Translations under genes and position numbers: made by a program
Assembly (NCBI GenBank): GCA_963761335.1
Contig: CAVXGR010000009.1
Location: forward strand, 58,545-122,544
DNA: 64,000 nt
Source: an uncultured delta proteobacterium
GTDB lineage: Bacteria > Desulfobacterota > Binatia > HRBIN30 > BPIQ01
Reading direction: 5' to 3'
Notes under the pieces: generated by a model
Databases searched by the model: none
Told to the model about the DNA's origin: nothing
Seen by the model: only the letters and a program-made list of their open reading frames with translations
Shown here: piece by piece, positions 1-9,047 of the stretch
Layout of the letters: every line of letters begins with the position of its first letter
Numbering within the stretch: position 1 is the first letter of the stretch

Positions 1-1
1 C

Positions 2-322
2 GCCGAGCTCTACGACGCCTTCACCATCGTTCCCATGCTGGCGCTCGAATCCCTCGGCTTCTGCAAGCCCGGCGAGAGCGGCGCCTTCGTCTCCGGCCAG
101 CGCACCGCGCCTGGCGGCGACTTCCCGATGAACACCAACGGCGGCGGCCTCTCCTACACGCACACCGGGATGTACGGCATCTTCACCATCATCGAGGCGG
201 TGCGGCAGCTGCGCGGCGAGTGCGGCGAGCGGCAGGTGAAGGGAGCGAAGACGGCGATCTGCCACGGCACCGGCGGCACCTGGAGCGCCGCGGCGACGTT
301 GATCGTCTCGACCGAGCGCTAG
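2..322 (+). CDS. Thiolase (SCP-x/SCP2-type), C-terminal part; gene starts before the window
   Basis: Open from position 2 (AELYDAFTI...); NTNGGGLSYTH and EAVRQLRGE motifs of SCP2-type thiolases. Confidence 0.9.
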   Translation, partial: AELYDAFTIVPMLALESLGFCKPGESGAFVSGQRTAPGGDFPMNTNGGGLSYTHTGMYGIFTIIEAVRQLRGECGERQVKGAKTAICHGTGGTWSAAATLIVSTER

Positions 323-1032
323 GGCTGCAGGCGGTCGGCGTCGCCCGGGACGACGCCCGCAGGCGATGGGTTGTCGGCGCCCGCCATGCCGACTCCGCCC
401 CGATCGGCGCTGACCATGCGGCGCCCGAAGGGTTCCGCCGCCGGCGCGCAGGAGCAGCTGCCGGGGTCGCACACGACGCGGAAGCGCTGCGGCAGAGGCG
501 TGTCGCCGTACTTGGTCCGCTGGCACAAGCCCTTGGCGCGACGATAGATGTTCTCGATGCGGACGGCCTCGAACTCGTGCTCGCCAGGGTCGAGGCCCTC
601 GCAGTCCTGAACGGCGTGCGCCACCTCGTGCAGCAGCGAGGCGGTCGGGTCTCGGTCGACGGCCGCATCGGGATCGCCGTCGCAGCCGCGCTCCAACGGA
701 GTGCGCAGAGCCGGGTTCCAGCTGATCGTGCGCACGCGATCCGCATCCGCTCCGTCGGGCCGATCGATCGAGTTGCGATCCGCCTGAAAGTCCGTACACA
801 CCTGATAGCGGTGCACCGTGCAGGCGCGGAACTTGCGCAGCAGCGCGCGGACCTCAGCCGATCCGCCGCAGGGGTCGATACTCGTCTCGATGTCGACCAG
901 AGCGCGCATCACCCGCGCCTGCCGGGCCGGTGCATCACAGACGACCGGCGGCCCCTCGGCTCGCGCAGCGACAGCCGCACCGAGGAGGACCATCCCCATC
1001 GCGGAGAGAAGGAGCAGGCAGGCAGGGCGCAT
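319..1032 (-). CDS. Secreted HExxH zinc metallopeptidase-like protein (M91/NleD-like), Cys-rich
   Basis: Signal peptide; LLHEVAHAVQD...EFEAVRIENIYRRAKGLCQRTKY pattern. Confidence 0.6.
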   Translation of the reverse strand: MRPACLLLLSAMGMVLLGAAVAARAEGPPVVCDAPARQARVMRALVDIETSIDPCGGSAEVRALLRKFRACTVHRYQVCTDFQADRNSIDRPDGADADRVRTISWNPALRTPLERGCDGDPDAAVDRDPTASLLHEVAHAVQDCEGLDPGEHEFEAVRIENIYRRAKGLCQRTKYGDTPLPQRFRVVCDPGSCSCAPAAEPFGRRMVSADRGGVGMAGADNPSPAGVVPGDADRLQP

Positions 1033-1429
1033 CGGCGAAAGTTCCTACGCCTCAAGCATGCCCGGGGCCAAAACGAGACATTGATTTTGAATGGGAAATT
1101 TCGGATTCACTGCGGCGAATTGTTGGCGCTCGGCGACAACCCCCATCTCGGCTGATTCCGGGCGCCGGGCCCTAAGGATTTCTTTATCTATTCAAAACGA
1201 CGGGCGAATCCAAGCGAAAAGTTCGCCGGCCCGCGACTTGGCGGACTGCCGGCAGGTAAACTTTGCAGCGGCGTCTTTCGATCCTTCCGCCAAACGGGGC
1301 GGGTATCGGCCGAGGCGCCTACAGACCGACACCACGCATCCTCCCCGGCTACGGGCATCCGTCTTGCTCTTCACCCGTGGCGGGGACCAGAGCCGATCGC
1401 CGCGGCGCGCGGCGCGGCGGTCGGCTCAT

Positions 1430-1459
1430 CTAGACACACCTAGACACACCCTAGACACA
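1430..1459 (+). promoter_or_regulatory. Three direct repeats CTAGACACA with 10-11 bp period, just upstream of the BON gene RBS
   Basis: CTAGACACAC CTAGACACAC C CTAGACACA followed by AAGGAGAGG and ATG. Confidence 0.4.
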
Positions 1460-1476
1460 GAGAAAGGAGAGGAACG

Positions 1477-1926
1477 ATGAAGACCATGCTCACAGCAGTG
1501 CTGGCGGCATCGCTTGCCTTCGCAGTCGGCGGCTGCACCAACAATACGCCGGGAGCGAATACCGATGCCCAGATCACCGCGAAAGTGAAGACGCAGCTGG
1601 CGGAGTCCAACATGCCGCAGCTGGCAAGAGTGGACGTCGACACCACCAACGGCACCGTCTATCTGCGCGGCACCGTCTCCACGGCCGACACCAAGACTCG
1701 GGCCGGCGACATCGCCCGCAACACCGGCGGCGTCGACAAGGTGGTCAACAACCTGCAGATCTCCATGGCCGGCGACAATCCGCCAGCCGCGAACCCGAAT
1801 CCCCCGCCGCCGGCGGAGAACAATCCGCCCGCCGGAAACCCGGGGGCCAATCCTCCCGCGGTAAATCCCGGAGTGAACCCGCCGCCGGCAGAGCAGCCCG
1901 GACAGCCGGGACAGCCGATGCAGTGA
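1477..1926 (+). CDS. BON-domain lipoprotein (OsmY-like) with Pro/Asn-rich tail
   Basis: Lipobox-like VGGC; DAQITAKVKTQL...VDVDTTNGTVYLRG...GVDKVVNNL BON motif; strong RBS. Confidence 0.9.
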   Translation: MKTMLTAVLAASLAFAVGGCTNNTPGANTDAQITAKVKTQLAESNMPQLARVDVDTTNGTVYLRGTVSTADTKTRAGDIARNTGGVDKVVNNLQISMAGDNPPAANPNPPPPAENNPPAGNPGANPPAVNPGVNPPPAEQPGQPGQPMQ

Positions 1927-2022
1927 CAGGCAGGGCCGCGCTCACATGTTCGCGAAATGAAACCAGCGCGACGCAACTCGGTGGGATCGCGCCTGAAACT
2001 TGCGGTTGCGATTCTGCTGATC

Positions 2023-2064
2023 GGGAGGCCGGAGCACAGCCGTGCTCCGGCCCTCCCTTCTTTT
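2023..2064 (+). terminator. Rho-independent terminator
   Basis: GGGAGGCCGGAGCAC-AGCC-GTGCTCCGGCCCTCCC followed by TTCTTTT. Confidence 0.75.
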
Positions 2065-2104
2065 CCGGCGCCGGCGCTCGCAAAACCCTGAAGCGGCGGC
2101 GCCT

Positions 2105-3232
2105 CTACTTTCCGCCGACCGCCTCGGCGAGTCGGGCGACGTCGTCCTCGTCGTTGTAGAAGTGCGGGGAGACGCGAACCCCGCCGGCGCGCGGGCGGGC
2201 GACGATGCCGCTGGCGGACAGGCGCGCCAGCAGCGCCTGCGGATCGCCGCGCCGGAAGGTGATGATCCCCGAACGGAGGAGATCATCTCCCCAGGGGCTG
2301 AGAATGTCGGCGCCGCGGCGCCGCAGCTCTTCGCCGATCGAGCGCGTCAGCGCCAGAACTCTCTCCTCGACGGCCTGCGGGCCGACCTCGAGCAGGAGAT
2401 CCAGCGCTGCGCCCAGCGCCTGCACGCCGAGCTGCGGCGGACTCCCCGGCTCGAACCTGGCGGCATCGGGCCGCGGATGAAAATGATACGGGAGGTAGGT
2501 ATCGGCGTCGGTGACGCTCTTCCAGCCGTGCAGCACCGAGTGCACGCGCTCGAGGAGGCGTGCCGAGATGTACAGGCAGCCGACTCCCTCCGGTGCCAGC
2601 ATCCACTTGTGGCCGCCGACCGCCAGGCAGTCGACGCCCTGCAGCTCGACATCGAGGCGGATGGCACCGACGCCCTGAATGCCGTCGACGCAGAGGAGAA
2701 TGCCGCGCTGGCGACAGAACGAGGCGATCGAGGCCAGATCGTTGCGACCGCCGCGCTGCCAGTCGACGAAGCTCACCGCCGCCACCCGGGTACGCCCGTC
2801 GGCGGCGGCGGCGATGTCGTCGGCGCCGACCATCCCGTTTCTCGACTGCACCAGGCGGGTCTCCACACCGTGGCCGCGCAGGCCGAACCAGGGGTAGACG
2901 TTCGACGGATATTCGCCGTCGACGGCGACGACGTTGTCGCCGTCGCGCCAGTCCAGACCCGCGGCCACCAGAGACAGGCCTTCGGAGGTGTTCTTCACGA
3001 AGGCGATCTCCTCCGGCCGCGCGCCGACGAGGCGGGCAAAGGCGGCGCGCACCTCCTCGCCGCGCGCCTCCCAGCGCTTCTGGATGGAGCGCTCGACCAC
3101 CATCGCCTCGTCGGCGAAGGCCTTCACCGCCGCGGCGACGCGCCGCGGGATCGGCGAGATGCCGGCGTGGTTCAGATGCAGCAGTCGCTCGGTGATGGGA
3201 AACTCCCGCCGCCAGCGTCTCCAGTCGCTCAT
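2105..3232 (-). CDS. Aminotransferase class V / cysteine desulfurase-like PLP enzyme
   Basis: LNHAGISP, VDGIQGVG, GGHKWMLAPEGVG (PLP lysine), RVSPHFYN; start reassigned to MSDWRR because the longer ORF runs into a repeat. Confidence 0.9.
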   Translation of the reverse strand: MSDWRRWRREFPITERLLHLNHAGISPIPRRVAAAVKAFADEAMVVERSIQKRWEARGEEVRAAFARLVGARPEEIAFVKNTSEGLSLVAAGLDWRDGDNVVAVDGEYPSNVYPWFGLRGHGVETRLVQSRNGMVGADDIAAAADGRTRVAAVSFVDWQRGGRNDLASIASFCRQRGILLCVDGIQGVGAIRLDVELQGVDCLAVGGHKWMLAPEGVGCLYISARLLERVHSVLHGWKSVTDADTYLPYHFHPRPDAARFEPGSPPQLGVQALGAALDLLLEVGPQAVEERVLALTRSIGEELRRRGADILSPWGDDLLRSGIITFRRGDPQALLARLSASGIVARPRAGGVRVSPHFYNDEDDVARLAEAVGGK

Positions 3233-3260
3233 GGCGCGCATCATACAGAAACGCCGAGAT

Positions 3261-3758
3261 GGGGACACGCTACTTTTGCCTACTCGGACTCTCGGCACTG
3301 CTGCGAGCTCGGCAGCAAAAGTTGCCTGCTTCGAAAATCTGTTGGGTGAAGGTCTGGCGGAGTCCCGGCGCTGGGGTGGAGGCTTATCGCCCCGGAGGGG
3401 CGTAGGCATGTAGCCCCGGGTGTCAACCCGGGGACCGCGTTCCGATTGGCCCAGATCAGCGCCCCGGAAGGGCGCGGGCGTAGAGGCCGCGTGAATCACC
3501 TCGATGAGCGTCCCACGCACCCAGCGGTGAGCATCGGCGTAGAGGCGCGACATCGACGGAAGTTTGCCCGCGCCCCCTGGCGGGGCGCCTATGACGAAGC
3601 GCGCATTTTTCCCGGGTTTCACCCGGGGCTACACGCCACCGCCCCTCCGGGGCGAACTTCGCCCAGGCGAGAACCGCCAAATCTCTCTACGGGGCAGATC
3701 CCCAGCCTCATCTTCATCGTCTGCTGGCGAGCCGCAAGGTTCATGAGGCACTGTCCCC
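3261..3758 (+). mobile_element. Composite repeat copy 1: palindromic host (GGGGACACGCTACTTTTGC...GCAAAAGTTGCCTG/TCCCC) interrupted by a ~428-bp element (3326-3753) with cargo A
   Basis: Near-identical inverted copy at 38307-38801; ends shared with 13747-14103 and 20962-21326; CTG at both junctions. Confidence 0.8.
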
Positions 3759-3813
3759 TTCACCGCGGGACAGCGTGACGTCGGCGGCGGCTCTGTGCTA
3801 GGCTCCGCGGCGC

Positions 3814-4278
3814 ATGGCCAAGTTCCCCACCGAGGTCGAGCACTCGGTCACTGTCAAGGTGCCGCTGCCGCGCGCCTACGACTACATGTGGGACGTCCTC
3901 ACGTCATCGCAGTGCATCAGCGGGCTCGACAGCTGCGAGCGCACCAAGAAGGACACCTATCGCTTCGTCTTCGAGGAACGCTCCACCGGGCCGGTGAGCC
4001 TGGTGCCGGTCTACACCGCCCGCTACGAAGGCAACGGCAAGGACCGCATCACCTTCAAGGGCACCGGCGCCACGGGTGACAACACCGACGTCGACGGCAC
4101 CATCGAGCTGCACGCCAAGGGCGACTCCACCCGCATCACGCTGCGGCAGATGATCGCGCCGGACACCCCGGTGCCGCGCCTGGTGCAGGGGCTCATCCGC
4201 TCGTTCGTCGAGCGCGAGGCCTCCGGGGCGGTGAAGCAGTACCTGGCGAACGTCAGGAAGACGCTCGAGTCGTCCTAG
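3814..4278 (+). CDS. SRPBCC/CoxG family protein
   Basis: ~150 aa START-like pattern (VEHSVTV...YDYMWDV...CISG). Confidence 0.75.
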   Translation: MAKFPTEVEHSVTVKVPLPRAYDYMWDVLTSSQCISGLDSCERTKKDTYRFVFEERSTGPVSLVPVYTARYEGNGKDRITFKGTGATGDNTDVDGTIELHAKGDSTRITLRQMIAPDTPVPRLVQGLIRSFVEREASGAVKQYLANVRKTLESS

Positions 4279-4819
4279 CTGCCTCGAGGACCTTCGTCGA
4301 AGCGGCGGGCTCGAGGTCGATGTCCAGCGTCTCCATGAGACGCGCCATGGTCATGTAGAACCCGATTGCCAGGATCAGCTCGACGATCTCCTGCGGCGAG
4401 AAGGATTTCTCCATCTCCCCGAAGGTGTCGTCACACACCCGCACGTCGCGCACCAGCTCGGTGGTGAACTCGAGCAGGAGCCGCTCTCTGTCGCTGAAGG
4501 AGTCGGCATCGACGTCGCCTTCGTCGAGCGCCTGGATCTGCTGCGGAGTCACCCCGACCGCCTCGGCGATGGCAACGTGCTGCACCCACTCGTATTCCGC
4601 CGGCGAGAGCTTGGCGACCTGGAGAATTGCCAGCTCCCGCAAGCTGGCATCGAGCTTCTGCTGGGAGAGAATCACCGACCCCAGGCGCAGCAGAGGCCGG
4701 AAGCAGGTCTCGGCGTGCGCCATCAGACGGAAGATGTTCAGCTTGACCGGAAGCTCGTCGAGCGTCTTGCGGACTTCCTCGGAGGCCTTCTGCGGATCTG
4801 CGTAGGGAATACGAGCCAT
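4253..4819 (-). CDS. Carboxymuconolactone decarboxylase / AhpD family protein
   Basis: LRELAILQVA...YEWVQH...ERLLLEFTTEL; RBS GGAGG before MARIPY. Confidence 0.85.
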   Translation of the reverse strand: MARIPYADPQKASEEVRKTLDELPVKLNIFRLMAHAETCFRPLLRLGSVILSQQKLDASLRELAILQVAKLSPAEYEWVQHVAIAEAVGVTPQQIQALDEGDVDADSFSDRERLLLEFTTELVRDVRVCDDTFGEMEKSFSPQEIVELILAIGFYMTMARLMETLDIDLEPAASTKVLEAARTTRASS

Positions 4820-4894
4820 GGCATCCTCCTGGCTCTGCACGATGGGCGCAATCCGCGGGAGGCGCAAGCTCCGCCGCGGCGCCGGCGCCGGCGG

Positions 4895-5725
4895 TCACGC
4901 CATGAACAGCCCGCCGTTCACGTCCAGCGCCACGCCGTTGATGTACGACGCCTCGTCGGAGGCGAGAAAGGCGATCACCGCCGCCTGCTCCTCTGGCGTC
5001 GACAGGCGCTTGATCGGCATGAAGTATCCGTAGGCCGCCAGGCGCTCGGCGCGCGACCTCGCCTCGGCCTCCGAGCCGGCGCGGGCGACACCGCCGGCGC
5101 GGATCATCGGCGTATCGACGCCGCCGGGGCAGATGGCGTTGACGCGCACGCCGCGCGGGCCGTAGTCGAAGGCGAGGTGCCGGGTCAGCCCGAGGAGCCC
5201 GGCCTTGCTGGCGCTGTAGGCGAGTCCGCCGTTGGCGCTCTTCGAGCGACCGGCCAGCGAGGACACATTCACCACGGCGCCGTGACCGCGCGCCGCCATC
5301 CCCGGCAGCAGCGCCCGGCACCAGTGGAACGGCCCGCTCAGGTTCACCCCCATCACCAGTTGCCAGCGGCCGTCCTCGATCCCTTCGATGCCCTCCATGC
5401 CGGCGGTGTCGCCGATGCCGGCAACGTTCGCCAGCACTTCGGCGGCGCCAAGGTCGCGCTCGATGCGGCGGGCGACGGCATCGACCTCGCCGCTGCTGGA
5501 GACGTCACAGGTGAAGGCGCGCGCCACGGCGCCGGACTCGCGAATCGCCGCCGCCGTCTCCTCGGCGGTGGCGCCATTGCGGTCGATCACCGCCACTGCC
5601 GCTCCTTCGCGCGCCAGACGCCGGCAGGTGGCGCGGCCGATGCCGCTGCCGCCGCCGGTGACCACGGCCACGCGACCTGCGAACCGCCGCCATCCCGAGC
5701 CCTCGCCCGCCGGGTTCCCTGCCAT
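4895..5725 (-). CDS. Short-chain dehydrogenase/reductase
   Basis: TGGGSGIG, YSASK, NAICPG motifs. Confidence 0.9.
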   Translation of the reverse strand: MAGNPAGEGSGWRRFAGRVAVVTGGGSGIGRATCRRLAREGAAVAVIDRNGATAEETAAAIRESGAVARAFTCDVSSSGEVDAVARRIERDLGAAEVLANVAGIGDTAGMEGIEGIEDGRWQLVMGVNLSGPFHWCRALLPGMAARGHGAVVNVSSLAGRSKSANGGLAYSASKAGLLGLTRHLAFDYGPRGVRVNAICPGGVDTPMIRAGGVARAGSEAEARSRAERLAAYGYFMPIKRLSTPEEQAAVIAFLASDEASYINGVALDVNGGLFMA

Positions 5726-6501
5726 CACTTCTCCTTTCCCGGAAACAGAAAACGCCGCGGATCCTCGGTGGTCGCCGCCAGGAGAAGATCTCCATCGGTC
5801 TCGCTGACGTCGCCGATGGGGACCATGCGGCTGTAGGCGCGGAACTGGGTCTTGGTCATGTGCAGCGCCCAGGGCGCCTTGGCGGCGAGCTGCTGCACCC
5901 ATTCGTCGACGGCCACGTCGAGATGCTCTTCGGCGACGACGCGATTGAGCATGCCGTAGCGCTCCGCGTCGCGCGCCCCGAAGCGGTCGCAGAGAAGGAT
6001 GAGCTCCTTGGCGCGGGCGGCGCCGACCTCGCGGGCCAGCCGCGGCGCGGCGCCCCAGCTGAGGGGAATGCCGAGATCCACCTCCGGGATCTGGAAGACA
6101 GTGCTCTCCGCGGCGATGCGCAGGTCACACGCCAGCGCCAGGACCACACCGCCGCCGATGGCGTGGCCGTGCAGCCGCGCGATGGTGATCGCCTCGACGT
6201 CCTCGATCGCCTGCAGCGCCCGCCGGCCGACCTGCGAGGCCCAGCGGCGCTCCCGGGCGCCGGCGCCGGAGGCGCGGGCGAGGCGGGCCGGAGGATCCTT
6301 GCGATCGGCACCGGCACAGAACGACCGGCCGCGGCCGCCGAACACCACCACCTGCGCCTCGAAGTGGCGCTGCAGATCGGAGAATACCTGGGCGATCTCC
6401 TCCAGTGCCTGCGCGTTCAGTGCGTTCAACCGCTCGGGCCGGTTGAGCCAGACGCGAGCCACCGGCCCGTCGCACTCGAGGGTCAGCGTCTCGAATCCCA
6501 T
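5725..6501 (-). CDS. Enoyl-CoA hydratase/isomerase family protein
   Basis: LNRPERLNAL, FCAGAD, GHAIGGG...LACDLR, PEVDLG. Confidence 0.9.
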   Translation of the reverse strand: MGFETLTLECDGPVARVWLNRPERLNALNAQALEEIAQVFSDLQRHFEAQVVVFGGRGRSFCAGADRKDPPARLARASGAGARERRWASQVGRRALQAIEDVEAITIARLHGHAIGGGVVLALACDLRIAAESTVFQIPEVDLGIPLSWGAAPRLAREVGAARAKELILLCDRFGARDAERYGMLNRVVAEEHLDVAVDEWVQQLAAKAPWALHMTKTQFRAYSRMVPIGDVSETDGDLLLAATTEDPRRFLFPGKEK

Positions 6502-6510
6502 GGCGATCGC

Positions 6511-7515
6511 CTACAGCAGCCCGAGATGACGCGCCAACACGTCGGCACCGAGGCCGAGCAGGAAGAGACTGCCGAAGCGGCGCGTGTGCTGAAAGGCGAA
6601 GGCGGCATACCACAGGGGCCAGATGTTGGGCGGGTACTGCGGCGGCGGCTCCTTCGGGCGGGGGTGGCGGAAGACGCGCACGGAGCGCACGTACCACGGC
6701 GCCGCGGCGAAGACGGCGAGCAGCAGCCAGGAGACGTAGCCGCTCAGCACCACCCCGATCACCAGCAGATACTGGGTGGTGAGCATGCCGATGGTCGCCA
6801 GGCGGGCACGGCGCTCGCCCAGCAGCACCGGCATCGTGCGAATTCCCTTGGCGGCATCGGCATCGAGCTTGTCGATGTGCTTGCCGAAGAGCACCGTGGT
6901 CGACGCCAGCGCCACCGGCAAGCTGGCGAGAATCACCGGCCAGGACATGTGCCCGGTGATCACGTAGTAGCCGCCGCCGATCATCAGCGGGCCCCAGACG
7001 AGGATCACCGCCACCTCGCCCATGCCGATGTACTTCAGCGGCCAGGTGTAGAAGAGGACGAAGAAGGCGCCGGTGGCCAGCAAGGCCACGGTCGCCTGGC
7101 CGCGGACGGCGACCAGGACGATACCGGCGGCGAGGGCGATCATGCCGGTGACGGCGATGTAGGTCAGCACCTCGCCGCGGGTCATGAGGCCGTGCTCGAG
7201 CGGCTGCGGCCCGTACTGGGCGCGGAAGTAGTTGTCCTTGTCGACCCCTTTGATGTGGTCGGTGAAGTCGTTCACCAGGTTGTTGGTGGCGTGCGCGAAG
7301 AGCAGGCCCACGGTCACCATCAACCACAGCCCGAGATCGAAGGAGCCGTCGCGCGCCGCCAGCAGCCCGGCGATGGTGGCGGAGATCAGCGTCATGACCA
7401 GAACCGCAGAGCGGGTGGCGATCAGCCAGCGCGAGATGATGTCGAGGCCCTTCCACTCCTCGTTGCTGACGCGCGGAATGACGTTGACGGCCTTCGCCCA
7501 CATGGAGACGTTCAT
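6511..7515 (-). CDS. menA: UbiA-family prenyltransferase, MenA-like (1,4-dihydroxy-2-naphthoate prenyltransferase)
   Basis: NLVNDFTDHIKGVD, FYTWPLKYIGMGE, DADAAKGIRTM motifs; multi-TM. Confidence 0.75.
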   Translation of the reverse strand: MNVSMWAKAVNVIPRVSNEEWKGLDIISRWLIATRSAVLVMTLISATIAGLLAARDGSFDLGLWLMVTVGLLFAHATNNLVNDFTDHIKGVDKDNYFRAQYGPQPLEHGLMTRGEVLTYIAVTGMIALAAGIVLVAVRGQATVALLATGAFFVLFYTWPLKYIGMGEVAVILVWGPLMIGGGYYVITGHMSWPVILASLPVALASTTVLFGKHIDKLDADAAKGIRTMPVLLGERRARLATIGMLTTQYLLVIGVVLSGYVSWLLLAVFAAAPWYVRSVRVFRHPRPKEPPPQYPPNIWPLWYAAFAFQHTRRFGSLFLLGLGADVLARHLGLL

Positions 7516-7614
7516 GGCTCAGATCCCTCCCGGCGGCATACCGCCGCCAACCGGACTCAGCGTACCCGAAAACGGCGCCGCGGCAAGGGACGCCGGCGCA
7601 GCGGGTCCGCACGC

Positions 7615-7775
7615 CCACGCCCCGGAACGGGGCGCAGGCATGTAGCCCCGGGGGTAAGAGGCTCTCTCAAAACCAGAAGCGGCGAGACGCCGCTTCTACC
7701 TTGGCCCGCGGGCTGGCGGAATCGTTTTGCCCGGGTTTTGAGACAGCCTCGCCAACCCGGGGTTCGGGGCGACCC
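7615..7775. repeat. GTAG-type REP-like palindrome interrupted by a 93-bp MITE (7658-7750) with 16-bp terminal inverted repeats
   Basis: GAGGCTCTCTCAAAAC...GTTTTGAGACAGCCTC inside GGCATGTAGCCCCGGG...CCCGGGG. Confidence 0.65.
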
Positions 7776-7790
7776 GGCGAGACGCCGCGT

Positions 7791-9032
7791 CTACTCGAGC
7801 TTCTGCGGCTCGGCGAGCAGCTCGGCCAGGGTATTGACGAAACGGGCGGCGTCGGCGCCGTCGACGACGCGGTGGTCGAAGGTCAGCGACACCGGCAACA
7901 CCTGCCGCGAAACGATGCCGCCCTTCTGGTCGCGGCCGAGACGTTCGGCGATGCGCCCGGTGGCGAGGATGGCGACCTCGGGGTAATTGGGAATCGGCGT
8001 GGCGAACATGCCGCCGATCGAGCCGATGTTGGAGATCGAGAAGGTGCCGCCGCGCACCGCCCCGAGATCGACGGCGCGGCGGCGGGCGGCGGCGGCCAGC
8101 GACTCGACCTCGGCGGCGATGTCGCCGATCGATTTGCGGTCGGCGTCGCGAATCACCGGCACCATGAGCCCGTCGGCGGTGTCGACGGCAATGCCGATGT
8201 GCACGTAGTTCTTCAGCAGCACCTCCTCATGCGCGTCGTCCAGGGTGGCATTGAAGCGGCCGTGCCGCTGCAGCGCCCGCGCCGTCGCCTTCACGATCCA
8301 CGCAAAGACGCCGGCATGGGCCTCCTGGGCATTCGCGGCGCCGCGGCCGATGGCGACCAGCGCGGTGACGTCGATCTCGTCCATGTGCGTCGCCAGCGCC
8401 GTATGCGCCACCGCCATCTTCAGCCGCCGGGCGATGGTGCGGCGGATGCCGCGCAGGGCCACGCGCTCGACGGCGCCGTACTCGTCGCGCGCCTCGAGAT
8501 GCCCCGGCGTCTCCGCCTGCTCCGCCGCCGCCTCGCGCACGTCGGCCTCGGTGACCCGGCCGCCGCTGCCGCTGCCGCCGATCTCCTCGATGGCAACGCC
8601 GAGGTCGCGCGCCAAGCGCCGCACCGCCGGGGTCGCCAGCACCTGGTGCTCGGAGCTGCCCCGCGGCGCCGCCGGCGGCGGCGGCAGATCGACGACCCGA
8701 TCGTCGAGGACGCCGACAACCGTGGTCGACTGGCGCCGCTCCGCGGGCGTGGCCTTCCGCGCCGCGGCCGGCGCCGCCTTGTCCTCGCTCTCTCCTGCGC
8801 CCAGGATCCACACCAGCACCTCGCCCACCTCGACGGTGTCCCCCTCTCGGTGGCGGATGCGGCCGATGCGGCCCGCCGCGGGAGCCGGCACCTCGACCAG
8901 CGCCTTGTCGGTCTCGACCCGCAGAATGATCTGATGCTCGGCGACCGCATCGCCCTCCGCCACCAGCCACTCCACGATCTCCGCCTCGCGGATGCCCTCT
9001 CCCAGATCCGGCAAACGAAACTCGACCGCCAT
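7791..9032 (-). CDS. pdhC: 2-oxoacid dehydrogenase E2 (dihydrolipoamide acyltransferase)
   Basis: Lipoyl domain ETDKA, E3-binding ATPAVRRLAR, catalytic DHRVVDG. Confidence 0.9.
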   Translation of the reverse strand: MAVEFRLPDLGEGIREAEIVEWLVAEGDAVAEHQIILRVETDKALVEVPAPAAGRIGRIRHREGDTVEVGEVLVWILGAGESEDKAAPAAARKATPAERRQSTTVVGVLDDRVVDLPPPPAAPRGSSEHQVLATPAVRRLARDLGVAIEEIGGSGSGGRVTEADVREAAAEQAETPGHLEARDEYGAVERVALRGIRRTIARRLKMAVAHTALATHMDEIDVTALVAIGRGAANAQEAHAGVFAWIVKATARALQRHGRFNATLDDAHEEVLLKNYVHIGIAVDTADGLMVPVIRDADRKSIGDIAAEVESLAAAARRRAVDLGAVRGGTFSISNIGSIGGMFATPIPNYPEVAILATGRIAERLGRDQKGGIVSRQVLPVSLTFDHRVVDGADAARFVNTLAELLAEPQKLE

Positions 9033-9047
9033 GCCCGATCCTCGGTC

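Noticed and set aside
1150..1400. Riboswitch or ncRNA in the leader upstream of the BON gene
   Set aside because: Could not match a known consensus by eye; an Rfam search is needed.
3233..3622. N-terminal extension of the aminotransferase ORF and ORF 38385-38903 with the same sequence
   Set aside because: Both are read-through of the non-coding composite repeat; there is no evidence of a transposase.
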